DNA of 64,000 bases from a virus. Lineage: Duplodnaviria; Caudoviricetes. The position numbers were made by a program, and so were the translations under genes. The DNA lies in IMG/VR virus record IMGVR_UViG_3300032053_000004, positions 138,144 to 202,143 of that record. One strand, 5' to 3'. The notes beneath the pieces were generated by a model, which saw only the letters and a program-made list of their open reading frames with translations, did no database searches and had not been told where the DNA came from. This document shows, piece after piece, positions 27,489 through 36,863 of this stretch. Positions within the stretch are counted from its first letter, which is position 1. Each line of letters begins with the position of its first letter.

Positions 27489-28073
27489 ATGGCGACGATT
27501 CAGATCGATCAGGAAGCTATAGCTTCCAATTCTCAATACTCTTTAGTTCTGTCTGTGAGTGGACTTAACGTTTCAATATCTTCTTTTTCATATATTTTAA
27601 ATGGAACGAATAGTACGTACGCTGGAATCGCATCTGTTGCTTTAACTGATAACGTAACAAATTACATATCAATAGATTCTGGTGGGTTATTGCAGATTAG
27701 CACTGTAGAATATCCGACATATGATCAAAATATTTTCATAGCAAGAGTTACTACGGGCGGCGGTGTGGTAGGCAATATAATTGCTGATAGAGTAACATTT
27801 TCACCATATGTGAAGGAAATTGAAATCGACTTTGGAACCATCCCAAAACCAGATGCTTTATTTACAATAACAGACGATATTTCAACCACTTCAGCAAAAA
27901 TCATCCCGACTTTGAGTGGGAAAACTGCTACTGGAAGAGCGGACGGTGATTCTCAATGGGACCATATACAATTTACTGCTAATCCTGGAAATGGAAGTTT
28001 TATTTTATACGCTATTTGCACAACTGGATCTGTCGCTGGAAAACGTGTAGTTCAATATACCATAAGTAGATAA
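27489..28073 (+). CDS. Putative virion structural protein (beta-rich)
   Basis: Ser/Thr/Ile-rich, predicted beta composition; heads a four-gene unit. Confidence 0.5.
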   Translation: MATIQIDQEAIASNSQYSLVLSVSGLNVSISSFSYILNGTNSTYAGIASVALTDNVTNYISIDSGGLLQISTVEYPTYDQNIFIARVTTGGGVVGNIIADRVTFSPYVKEIEIDFGTIPKPDALFTITDDISTTSAKIIPTLSGKTATGRADGDSQWDHIQFTANPGNGSFILYAICTTGSVAGKRVVQYTISR

Positions 28074-28083
28074 GGAAAAGAAC

Positions 28084-29544
28084 ATGGCTGTTATTGAAAC
28101 TGGTAATGATCAAGTCGGGAAAGTTAACGTAAATAGTAATTTCCAGCTTGAAGTTCATCAACCGAGTACGGAATCTCAAGCTGGATTTGGTCTAGTCACT
28201 ACTAGTCTTGATACCGGAGCCATGACCGGTACTCGATATAATATTTCTCCTGAAGCTGACACTGATCATAGGCTTCGTGTTGGTCAAGATCAGCTTCTTG
28301 ATGTTGAATTATTTAACTATGCAGCACAAAATACCGGTAAGCATTTCTTCGCATTCACAACTCTTACTGCTACAGTCAGTGCTAACGGTTTACTTTTAAA
28401 TTCCGGCGCTATTACGACCGCATCAACAGGATGCACGTTCGGTACACAAGCGCAGTTTTTATTCGTTGGAACAGCCCCATTATTCTGTGAAATGAGCGTT
28501 TCATTTAACGCACAGCCTGTATCAAACGTCACTTTCGATTTTGGACTATTTCAACGTGGTGCCGCAAACCCATTCGCTCCACTTGATGGTGTTTATTTTC
28601 GTTTAGACAGCGGAGGACTTCAAGGAATTGTCAACAATAACGGAATAGAAACTACGACTTCCGTTTTTCCTCTTTCTGGAGGAACGGGAACATTTGTTTA
28701 TGCCAATGATTCCGTTAATCGTTATTCAATACAAATTTCAAATATGATCACTACTTTTTGGATCAACGATGTTTTAGCTGGCTCTATTATAAATCCTGTT
28801 GCTCAATCGCAACCGTTCCGTTCCGCAGCCGTTCCGTTCTCAGTTCGATATGCTATTTCTGCTGGTGGAGCTGGAGCTGGTCTTCAAGCAAGACTTTGGG
28901 ATTATCGGGTTGGTTTCCGTGGTCCGGCTGTTGCGGAAAATTTGGGCGCGGTGGGTAACCGTGTTTTTGGTTCTTATCAAGGTTTATCTGGAAATACTGT
29001 AGGTACACTTGGTCAGTACACAAACAACACAAACCCAGCAGCTGCAGTCCCAACCAATACTACGGCTGCTCTTGGAGCCGGTCTTGGCGGGAACTTCTTG
29101 GAGACGTTTTCTCTTGCACTAACTGTTGATGGGATCATCAGTTCATTTCAGGTTCCAGCTGGAAGCACAACCGTCCAAGGTCGAAGACTCCGTGTTCACG
29201 GGGTTCGTATCAAGTCATTCGTTTCAACAGTTTTAGCGGGTGGTCCATCAAATGCCATATGGACTTTGAATTTTGGTCATACAGCAGTTTCTTTGGCTAC
29301 AGCAGAAAGTGCAAGCTTTGCAACTGGTACTACAAAAGCGCCAAGGCGTATTGCAATTGGTGTCCAGTCCATAGTCGCAAATCAAGCTGTAAATACTACA
29401 ATGGAAACTATTGATGCGAATTTCATTGAGCCTATTTATGTGAATCCTGGTGAATTTATTGCGACAGCCAAAAAATATGTTGGGACTGTTGGAACAAGCG
29501 GAGTCATCACGCACGTTATTCATTTCGATTTTGGATGGGAGTGA
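28084..29544 (+). CDS. Putative virion protein (fibre/lectin-like beta-sandwich)
   Basis: AAGGA SD; Gly/Thr/Ala-rich; FDFGLF...GVYFRL and similar patterns seen in phage structural proteins. Confidence 0.55.
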   Translation: MAVIETGNDQVGKVNVNSNFQLEVHQPSTESQAGFGLVTTSLDTGAMTGTRYNISPEADTDHRLRVGQDQLLDVELFNYAAQNTGKHFFAFTTLTATVSANGLLLNSGAITTASTGCTFGTQAQFLFVGTAPLFCEMSVSFNAQPVSNVTFDFGLFQRGAANPFAPLDGVYFRLDSGGLQGIVNNNGIETTTSVFPLSGGTGTFVYANDSVNRYSIQISNMITTFWINDVLAGSIINPVAQSQPFRSAAVPFSVRYAISAGGAGAGLQARLWDYRVGFRGPAVAENLGAVGNRVFGSYQGLSGNTVGTLGQYTNNTNPAAAVPTNTTAALGAGLGGNFLETFSLALTVDGIISSFQVPAGSTTVQGRRLRVHGVRIKSFVSTVLAGGPSNAIWTLNFGHTAVSLATAESASFATGTTKAPRRIAIGVQSIVANQAVNTTMETIDANFIEPIYVNPGEFIATAKKYVGTVGTSGVITHVIHFDFGWE

Positions 29545-29547
29545 ATA

Positions 29548-29928
29548 ATGCCATATGTTATCACGACACCTGAGACTAAAAGTATTACTCAAACGCTTCG
29601 CATAAATAATGCTTGGGTTGATGTTACATCAACTCGAACTATTGATCATGTAACTATTGATAATGTTATTTTAACTATGCCACTCAACAATCCGACTGGT
29701 ATTTCAATAGAAGTTTCTTGGTCAATTGGATATATGGAGAGTTCTGTGTTTTTCCCTGTAGAACAAAAACAAACAAAAATTGATTCATCTACAGGCGGTT
29801 CCAATGCATTATTCAGTGCAATGATGTCAAAAGTAACTTCCGATATTTCACACTATGCCGATTTTAAGAATGCTCTTTATGGATTACTTGATACATTAGA
29901 TATGATCCCAAATGGAACGGTTATATGA
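29548..29928 (+). CDS. Hypothetical protein (possible fibre assembly factor)
   Basis: 126-aa ORF coupled to the previous gene. Confidence 0.5.
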   Translation: MPYVITTPETKSITQTLRINNAWVDVTSTRTIDHVTIDNVILTMPLNNPTGISIEVSWSIGYMESSVFFPVEQKQTKIDSSTGGSNALFSAMMSKVTSDISHYADFKNALYGLLDTLDMIPNGTVI

Positions 29929-30167
29929 ATAGGATAGCTTTTAGAATAGCATCCTTAGATGTTTCTGTTGAAATAAACGGCGATAATATATCATTAACTA
30001 GAAGTGACGGAAAAATCATAAAGGGAACTTACGTAGAGCAAGACGATGAGGCGACGTTACAGGAGAATACTACGGAATTGGCTCCGGATCAGGCTTTATG
30101 GATCCTGGAACAAGCTTCGAATTTTGGTCCCACTACTACCTGGGATGAATTAATATCTATTCTCTAA
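29925..30167 (+). CDS. Small acidic protein with N-terminal IAFRIAS motif
   Basis: ATGA overlap with the upstream gene; motif shared with 6799 and 11395. Confidence 0.6.
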   Translation: MNRIAFRIASLDVSVEINGDNISLTRSDGKIIKGTYVEQDDEATLQENTTELAPDQALWILEQASNFGPTTTWDELISIL

Positions 30168-31913
30168 TACCCAACGTTTTTTCCCCAAATCCCAAATTCT
30201 AATAAATCCCTGAGCTTCTCTGAGCTGATACTCAGTTAAATTTGTTTCTTTTTCTAGTTTCTTTTTTCTTAAACCGGATTTATGAAACCTCTTATTTTCT
30301 TTTATCCAATAATAATCAGGAGGGATTTCCCCGTCATGTTTAAACCCTATTTTTGAATAAACGTTACCTTCAAAAAGACGATTATCAGAAAAAGAAACTA
30401 TAGACTTAGGAGAGTACTCTGAAATAAATTGTTTCAAAATTTTAGACCAGATCCCATGAACTCTATATTCAGGATCTGCAACCATACGGACCAGTTCCCA
30501 ATCATGGGAAGACTGTCTTGTCGGGTGTTTAAATGAAGAACATGAAATTAATTTGTTTTCAAAGAAAACTCCATAACTTATCCTAGGTTTGCAAGCTCCT
30601 ATATAATGATTTGTGTTGTAGAACTCATCAGCTTCTTTAAAGTTTATTAATTTTATTTCACATTGTTTTGGTCTTAAATTAAAACTTGGTTTTTTAAAAT
30701 TTATTTTATTCAATATTAAACTAATAACAAAATCCTTTTTATTTTTCCATTCATCTTCAAAAATTGCTAGATACTGAAAATTCGAAGAAATTGCTGATTT
30801 GTATTTTATTAAGTCTCGTTTTCTTGAATGAGTTAAACTATGATATTTAAAACCATAAAATTCAATTAATAAATTTGAGTCTGGTAAATAAATATCATAT
30901 ACACAACCGTTTATTTTATGATTTAAAGAAATATTCATCCCAAGTGATTTTAAAGATTCAAGTACTTCTTGCTGTCCGACTTCTTGCTGTCCTAAATGGT
31001 TTTTTTTCAAAAATGTTCTTATTCTATGACAATTAACACAAACAAGTTCACATTTAGAAGTTTCTTCTAAAACTTTCTCCACACTTCCATTATGAAGAAT
31101 ATTTATATTCCCAATTTTCTCCCCTTTTATATGATCGAAATCAAGCGTCCAATACCTAAAAACGTGTTTACAATCTGCACATTTCTGGTTATCTTTAATT
31201 GATATTATGTTTTTTCGAGCAAGCCTCTTATCAGTTCTTTTTTGGTTGGCTTCGTGGTTTACTTTTCTCATACATTTTTTACAGTATGAATGGGTTTTTC
31301 TTGTTTTCAACAATGTGAAATTTTCAGTATTTTTTAAAATTTCACATTTCATACATTTTTTTGTTTCACATCCTTCTGTTATTCCTATGTCCATTATTTT
31401 TGGGAAAAAATTTCTATTTTTTAAGGTTGGAATCGTATGTTCGTTATCATGAGTTTCATTTCTATGACAATTTGCACACAAAAGGATACATTTTTTTATT
31501 TCTGCATCAACTTTTTCTTGTTTTTTACCATAAAGTTTTGATATCGATGAGATTTTTTCTTCAATATGATGGAAATCAAGAACATGTGGAGGATAGGGTA
31601 TCATACAAAATGAACAAGATTTATTTTCTTTGAAAGATTTTATATACTCAGCGGATCTTTTAAAATATTTTTTTCTTATATTTTTTTCTATTTCTGGATT
31701 TTCATTCCTCCAAGATTTTATTTTTTTACCATGGCAAATTTTACATATATTTTTAAAATTGCGATTCGATATGAATCTAGATAGTGGTTTTTGATTTTTA
31801 CATTTTTTACAAATGTTTATTATTGTTTGATTCTTTAAATAATACTCTTCATATTCTTTATCTAGAATTAAGTTCTTTTCTTTTCTTCTCTTTTTTTCTT
31901 CTTCATTCCTCAT
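30150..31913 (-). CDS. Tandem (Zn-finger plus HNH) x2, Vsr/DUF559-like nuclease and Mom-like GNAT domain (Hef-like homing endonuclease type)
   Basis: LDFHH...CILLCANCHR and LDFDH...CELVCVNCHR; YDIYLP...IEFYG..YHS...FEDEW; WELVRM...SFSDNRLFEGNVY..IGF...RIWDLGKKRW. Very AT-rich. Confidence 0.75.
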   Translation of the reverse strand: MRNEEEKKRRKEKNLILDKEYEEYYLKNQTIINICKKCKNQKPLSRFISNRNFKNICKICHGKKIKSWRNENPEIEKNIRKKYFKRSAEYIKSFKENKSCSFCMIPYPPHVLDFHHIEEKISSISKLYGKKQEKVDAEIKKCILLCANCHRNETHDNEHTIPTLKNRNFFPKIMDIGITEGCETKKCMKCEILKNTENFTLLKTRKTHSYCKKCMRKVNHEANQKRTDKRLARKNIISIKDNQKCADCKHVFRYWTLDFDHIKGEKIGNINILHNGSVEKVLEETSKCELVCVNCHRIRTFLKKNHLGQQEVGQQEVLESLKSLGMNISLNHKINGCVYDIYLPDSNLLIEFYGFKYHSLTHSRKRDLIKYKSAISSNFQYLAIFEDEWKNKKDFVISLILNKINFKKPSFNLRPKQCEIKLINFKEADEFYNTNHYIGACKPRISYGVFFENKLISCSSFKHPTRQSSHDWELVRMVADPEYRVHGIWSKILKQFISEYSPKSIVSFSDNRLFEGNVYSKIGFKHDGEIPPDYYWIKENKRFHKSGLRKKKLEKETNLTEYQLREAQGFIRIWDLGKKRWVLENRY

Positions 31914-31947
31914 CCTAATATAATGATTATATCATATCCTAATACCT

Positions 31948-32022
31948 TAAACAATCATGACAAAACAAAACAATTTTAATTTATAATTAGTTAAAATTGT
32001 TTTGTTTTGTCATGATTGTTTA
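31948..32022. repeat. Perfect 32-bp inverted repeat, 11-nt spacer
   Basis: TAAACAATCATGACAAAACAAAACAATTTTAA (31948-31979) pairs exactly with 31991-32022. Confidence 0.95.
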
Positions 32023-32032
32023 TATGACAAGG

Positions 32033-32084
32033 ATTAATGAACTCACGAAATGGCTTCGGAGAGCCATTTCGTGAGTTCATTAAT
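32033..32084. repeat. Perfect 23-bp inverted repeat, 6-nt loop
   Basis: ATTAATGAACTCACGAAATGGCT / AGCCATTTCGTGAGTTCATTAAT. Confidence 0.95.
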
Positions 32085-32113
32085 TGAATTTTTATTGTCT
32101 TATTTAAGTTAAG

Positions 32114-32818
32114 ATGGCAAGAGATACAGCGGAAAGCTACATCTATCGCAGAGGCTCTAGCCCAAATACGCGCGTTGCGATAAGTCAAAAAAACCGAGTA
32201 TATTCTAGACCGTATACTAATGGTTCTCCGACTGATAAACAAATCGGAGTTCTTTCTACATTTGATTACAGTGAATCTCGGGCAATAGATCCAGTCAGAG
32301 GTGTCGGGTTCGGAGACAAGATTCAAGAACTTGTCCCAGGCGTGACTGAGCCTATGTCTATTACTCTGAACCGGACTTTGCTCTATACTGCCAGTATCGT
32401 GCAAGAACTCGGCTATCGGGGAGGAGTTGACGGTTTAGTTCGTTCACTTCGCCAGCACAAATGGCCTTTCGATCTTCGTTCCGAGCTTGTTTTCAGTGAG
32501 CTCGTGACCAACAAAGATATTGGTGCCATTTCTCCTGGTGTTCAGGGTAAAGGCGTTACGGTTGTTGATAACGTCAATCTAGCCCTAATCACATTCTTCG
32601 AAGCTTGCTGGCTTGAGAGTTATAGCGTGAGTTTCCCGTCAGACTCGGCTATAGTTATGGAAGACGCAGCCGGTAAGTGTACAGACGTCACTGATGGCGC
32701 TAGCACATATGCTCAGCCTGGATCTGCTGGAAGCCCTGACGAATACGGTGACCTCCTTGAGGCTGGTAACAACCCCATCACCAAGCCCGGGTCAGGCTCT
32801 AGGCTTTTTGGTGGATAG
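32114..32818 (+). CDS. Tail tube protein
   Basis: IGVLSTFDYSESR.IDPVRGVGFGDKIQELVPG...ITLNRTLLY...FEACWLESYSVSF...IVMED pattern of myovirus tube proteins; lies between the sheath and the chaperones/TMP. Confidence 0.85.
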   Translation: MARDTAESYIYRRGSSPNTRVAISQKNRVYSRPYTNGSPTDKQIGVLSTFDYSESRAIDPVRGVGFGDKIQELVPGVTEPMSITLNRTLLYTASIVQELGYRGGVDGLVRSLRQHKWPFDLRSELVFSELVTNKDIGAISPGVQGKGVTVVDNVNLALITFFEACWLESYSVSFPSDSAIVMEDAAGKCTDVTDGASTYAQPGSAGSPDEYGDLLEAGNNPITKPGSGSRLFGG

Positions 32819-32844
32819 TCAGACAATCTAGAAAATTTTTGAGC

Positions 32845-32882
32845 TTTTCGGGAGCTACCAAACGTTTGGTAGCTCCCGAAAA
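32845..32882 (+). terminator. Perfect 38-bp palindrome after the tube gene (probable terminator)
   Basis: TTTTCGGGAGCTACCAAAC|GTTTGGTAGCTCCCGAAAA, followed by TGTTTTTG. Confidence 0.7.
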
Positions 32883-32942
32883 TGTTTTTGGAGTGTACTG
32901 TTCTACAAGAAGACTTAAGTTTTTATTCTTTTTGCGTTTTTG

Positions 32943-34730
32943 ATGACAATTATATCTTCAGATCATTGGAAAAATACCATATATGGGAGACTTCATATGA
33001 AGTCTCCCATATATGTTGAAGAATTTTCTCATAAAAAAGTTGTTTGGATCTGTAGTTGTGGAAATGAATCAAAAATTGGAGTTTATAGTGTTACAACTGG
33101 AAACACTAAAACATGTGGAAAATGTGATGTTTTAAGTGCTGATGAATTAAGAAAAATTAAGTATGGAAAACTTTCCATTGAGTTTCCTTTAGATACTCAA
33201 AGAGGTTCTGGTTCTAAAGTATCTTGGATTTGTGATTGTGGAAAAAAGAAATTCATTAAATTCTATGATGTTATCAGAGGTCATGTTAAAACCTGTGGAA
33301 GTTGTAATAAATTAACAAATAAAGACTTTGAGGGAATTAAGTATGGAAAATTGATTATGATTAAACCTGGTGATTTTCATCCTGGGTCAAATAAGATAGT
33401 CGAATGGGCGTGTGATTGTGGAAAAGTAGCTCTTAAATCAGTTAAAACAGTTACGTCAGGAAACACAAAATCCTGTGGCTCATGCAGTGTTCTTTTTTCT
33501 AACTATTGGGAGAAAGCCGAATTTGGTTATTTAAGAATGAAAACTCCAATTAATATTTCTCCTGGATCAAATAAAAAAGTTGAATGGGCGTGTAAATGTG
33601 GAGGAGTTACAACTTCTGATGTTTATTCAGTTACAAATGGAAAAATTGTTCGATGCAATTTTTGTCGTTCTCGAGCAACAGACTGGTATGAAGAAAATAA
33701 AGAAAACCTTCGTTCTCTCAAAACCCCGATTCAAATATATACAGTCCCTTTAGGGTGGATAACCCCATTAGAATTAATATATGGATATGATAAGCCTTTT
33801 CAAGCTTTATGTGGAGCTTGTAATTCAGTATATTTTCCGATTTGGGGTAATATAGTTAAAGGGTCATCTTTAACTTGCGGATGTGTTTCTAATCATATAA
33901 GTTCAGCGCAAAGAAATATCGCTAAATTTTTGGAATCTCTTAATCTTTGTGTATCTTTAGAATTTAAAATTAGCGCCTTAAAGTATGATATTTTTGTCCC
34001 GTCTAAAAATTTTTTGATTGAGTATAATGGTCTTAAATGGCATAGTAACCCTGAATCTAAACGTCGTGATTTAGAAAAATATGAATTAGCAATATCTAAA
34101 AGATATGAGTTTGTTTCAATATTTGAAGATGAATGGTTACTCAATAAATCTAAAGTTGAAAATTTGCTCAAAAATAAATTAATTAAAACTAATTCAAAGA
34201 AACTTCGTCCTTCTCAGTGTGAAATTCGAAAGATTGGTTCAGAAGTTAATGGATTTTATGAAAAATATCATTATATTGGTAAGTGTAAAGCAAAAATTCA
34301 CTATGGGGTTTATTTTGAGAATGAATTAGTGTCAGCTATCTCTTTTGGGATACCAACCCGCCAAACTTCAAAATACCCTTGGGAACTCATTAGAATGGCT
34401 TCAAATCCTGAGTATAGGATTCATGGCATATGGTCAAAACTGTTGAAACAATTTATTTCTGAGTATTCCCCGAAATCAATAGTAAGTTTTTCAGATAATA
34501 GATTATTTTCCGGGAAAGTTTATGAAAAAATAGGATTTAAATATGATGGAAATCTTTCTCAAGATTATTATTGGGTAAAAAATGGCAAAAGATTTCATAA
34601 ATCAGGACTTAGGAAAAAAGGAAAAGAAAAAATTTCAGGATTCACTGAGTACCAACTTCGAGAAGCCCAAGGATATTCTAGAATTTGGGATCTCGGGAAG
34701 AAACGTTGGGTCCTTGATCTGGTAGTGTAA
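32943..34730 (+). CDS. Repeated Zn-finger (W.C.CG...T..CG.C) array, Vsr/DUF559-like nuclease and Mom-like GNAT domain
   Basis: About five WxCxCG repeats; YDIFVP...IEYNG.KWHS...FEDEW; C-terminal domain highly similar to that of 30150-31913. ATG at 32943. Confidence 0.75.
   Translation: MTIISSDHWKNTIYGRLHMKSPIYVEEFSHKKVVWICSCGNESKIGVYSVTTGNTKTCGKCDVLSADELRKIKYGKLSIEFPLDTQRGSGSKVSWICDCGKKKFIKFYDVIRGHVKTCGSCNKLTNKDFEGIKYGKLIMIKPGDFHPGSNKIVEWACDCGKVALKSVKTVTSGNTKSCGSCSVLFSNYWEKAEFGYLRMKTPINISPGSNKKVEWACKCGGVTTSDVYSVTNGKIVRCNFCRSRATDWYEENKENLRSLKTPIQIYTVPLGWITPLELIYGYDKPFQALCGACNSVYFPIWGNIVKGSSLTCGCVSNHISSAQRNIAKFLESLNLCVSLEFKISALKYDIFVPSKNFLIEYNGLKWHSNPESKRRDLEKYELAISKRYEFVSIFEDEWLLNKSKVENLLKNKLIKTNSKKLRPSQCEIRKIGSEVNGFYEKYHYIGKCKAKIHYGVYFENELVSAISFGIPTRQTSKYPWELIRMASNPEYRIHGIWSKLLKQFISEYSPKSIVSFSDNRLFSGKVYEKIGFKYDGNLSQDYYWVKNGKRFHKSGLRKKGKEKISGFTEYQLREAQGYSRIWDLGKKRWVLDLVV
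34720..34728 (+). promoter_or_regulatory. Extended -10 (TGnTAGTGT) 5 nt before ATG (leaderless candidate)
   Basis: TGG-TAGTGT-aattc-ATG. Confidence 0.4.
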
Positions 34731-34733
34731 TTC

Positions 34734-35672
34734 ATGGATTCAGATATATTACAAGAACTCGACGCAAAACTTTCAAATATTGGTCATGACCAAATTTGGA
34801 AAAGATCCATAGGTGGAAGAATCATATGGTTTATTTCTCCTTCTCAAACTGAAAATATGCGTATAAATGAGATCATGTCTGATGAAACTTTAGGTATACA
34901 TGTTCTCTCGGAAGTTAAAAGAGTTACTTTAGCTTTCGCAATAGTTGGAATTGATGATATTGATTTAAGAGAATACAAGGTTTTCGGTCCAATTTATGAT
35001 TCGAAAACTGATAAATCAATTAAAGTAACTAAAGATAAATATTTATATATAAAAATGGGGGCTTGGGGTGCTCAATTCATGGATGACGCTTTCCGGGTGT
35101 TTTCTGACGTCATGTCATCATATGAAAAAGAAAATCTTAAAGAAGTTAAATTTGAAAACTCTAAAGATCCTCGAGAAGAGCTGATTGAGCTTGAAAGTCG
35201 AACAACCGAAATTCGATTGCAACTAGGTATGGCACCTTTAGTTGAGGCTAAAGAACTAACTGTTTCTCCTGAAGAAATAGAGGAGGCGGAAGAGAAAGAA
35301 CAAGAGGAAGCCTCAAGGGAGCAGGAGAAGGTTGAATCTGCCTCTCCCCCGTTCGACCCGTTTAAGACCGTCCGAAGGCCCGTTTCGGCCCGAGAAGAGG
35401 TTGCTCCAGAACCTGTTTTCGTCCAGCCATCTAGAACCCAATCAGTTCCATCTAATATAAATCCTAGTATACTCCAGAGAGCTTCAGAATTTGCAGAAAT
35501 AGAAGGTCTCGGGAAAATCAATGTCCCAGCAGGGGTTATTCCTCACATAGCTAATCCCTCAAACATAAATGAAATATTGGACAAACCTTCTTCCATACCA
35601 AATACAGATCCAGTTATAATAGACCCTGTTAGATTCGCTAAAAATCCAAGATTCAATCCACCGGGGATTTGA
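34734..35672 (+). CDS. Tail assembly chaperone-like protein
   Basis: Position between tube and TMP; acidic N-terminal domain and Pro-rich tail. Confidence 0.55.
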   Translation: MDSDILQELDAKLSNIGHDQIWKRSIGGRIIWFISPSQTENMRINEIMSDETLGIHVLSEVKRVTLAFAIVGIDDIDLREYKVFGPIYDSKTDKSIKVTKDKYLYIKMGAWGAQFMDDAFRVFSDVMSSYEKENLKEVKFENSKDPREELIELESRTTEIRLQLGMAPLVEAKELTVSPEEIEEAEEKEQEEASREQEKVESASPPFDPFKTVRRPVSAREEVAPEPVFVQPSRTQSVPSNINPSILQRASEFAEIEGLGKINVPAGVIPHIANPSNINEILDKPSSIPNTDPVIIDPVRFAKNPRFNPPGI

Positions 35673-35684
35673 AAGGAGGATTAG

Positions 35685-36863
35685 ATGGACGAAATGTCTG
35701 CTGAGGAAACCCCTCCGGCAGAAGAGTCGAATCATAAGATTCGGATAGAAGTACCAGAGGCCTTTAAGAAAGTAAATGAGGAAGTCTGGGAAGAGTTAGA
35801 AAACTATCTTTTTACTGGATTTTTATCTAGTTCAGCTTCAATTTTAAAAGAAACTTTCATATTTAAAACATTAAATCATACGGAAATTCGAAATATAGAA
35901 TTCATGAAACCTTTCCGGAGTTCTGTTCCGGAGGCGAAAGACCGGTTTCGAACGGCTTTCATAGCTCACTCTGTTTTTATGATTGACGGGGAAAATTTTC
36001 TCCATGATCGTCCCCGTCATTTCAGAAAATTGATGAAACTTATTAGTAGAATACCTACAAATCTTCAACAGAAAATAATTAATAATCTAGCTTCATTAAA
36101 TTCTAAAGCTTCCAGACTTTATCCTTTAACTGAAGTTTATGTCCATGAAAATCGCTCTAGATTCAAATGGATGCAGTACTCGAATCTTGCAATAAATTCT
36201 CAATCAGTCACAGGCATACCTGGAACGGATGAAATAGGGATTAGTCATTGCCAATCCGCTTGGGTAGCGATGAATAAAATAATTGATCGTCGAGATCAAA
36301 TTGAACGGGATTGGGGAAATGCTAAATTTATAGGTTCTTGCTTTGCTGGAAAAGGCGTCAGGAGCATAGACGAGCGGGATAAAACCCGTTTAGAGCGGGA
36401 AAGACAAGAACTCGACGATCTTAAAATAAAAGTCCTTTACAATTATTTAAATAAGACAGAAGGACAAAAAGATGCCCCTCAAATCACAGTTCTTCCCGAT
36501 GGACGTCGTGTTGTTGTTGAAAAACGTTTTCGGGCAGATTCTGTTGAAGATTTGGCAGATCAATTGTCCGCTGCTCTTTCCGGCGAAAAAGATCATCATG
36601 ATTTAGTAGTTGAATCTCAACAAAGGAAAGTCCAAGAAAGATCCCAAGCTATCCATGACTACCATAGGTCTTTGTATGCTCAAACCCCACAGTTTAGAGA
36701 ACCTGGATCTAGAATTTTAGGTGGGAAATTGGAAGCTGATGCCTATTTGGCTAGGATCCAAGCTCTTCGATTAGAAAGTATAGAAAAGGGTAGGAATATG
36801 ATTCCAGCCATGGAGGGAAATAATGAAAGCTATGATGAGACCCAACAGGGTAAGGAATCATAA
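35685..36863 (+). CDS. Second tail assembly chaperone-like protein
   Basis: Strong SD (AAAGGAGG); immediately precedes the TMP with a TAATG overlap. Confidence 0.55.
   Translation: MDEMSAEETPPAEESNHKIRIEVPEAFKKVNEEVWEELENYLFTGFLSSSASILKETFIFKTLNHTEIRNIEFMKPFRSSVPEAKDRFRTAFIAHSVFMIDGENFLHDRPRHFRKLMKLISRIPTNLQQKIINNLASLNSKASRLYPLTEVYVHENRSRFKWMQYSNLAINSQSVTGIPGTDEIGISHCQSAWVAMNKIIDRRDQIERDWGNAKFIGSCFAGKGVRSIDERDKTRLERERQELDDLKIKVLYNYLNKTEGQKDAPQITVLPDGRRVVVEKRFRADSVEDLADQLSAALSGEKDHHDLVVESQQRKVQERSQAIHDYHRSLYAQTPQFREPGSRILGGKLEADAYLARIQALRLESIEKGRNMIPAMEGNNESYDETQQGKES

Noticed and set aside
30150-34730. Group I intron or intein associated with the endonucleases
   Set aside because: The tube and flanking genes are uninterrupted; both nuclease genes are free-standing, and no intein C1/HN-C motifs were seen.
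35660-35690. Lambda G/GT-style frameshift or readthrough between the two tail chaperones
   Set aside because: The ORFs are in the same frame but separated by two stops (TGA, TAG); the second has its own strong SD and I see no slippery heptamer.
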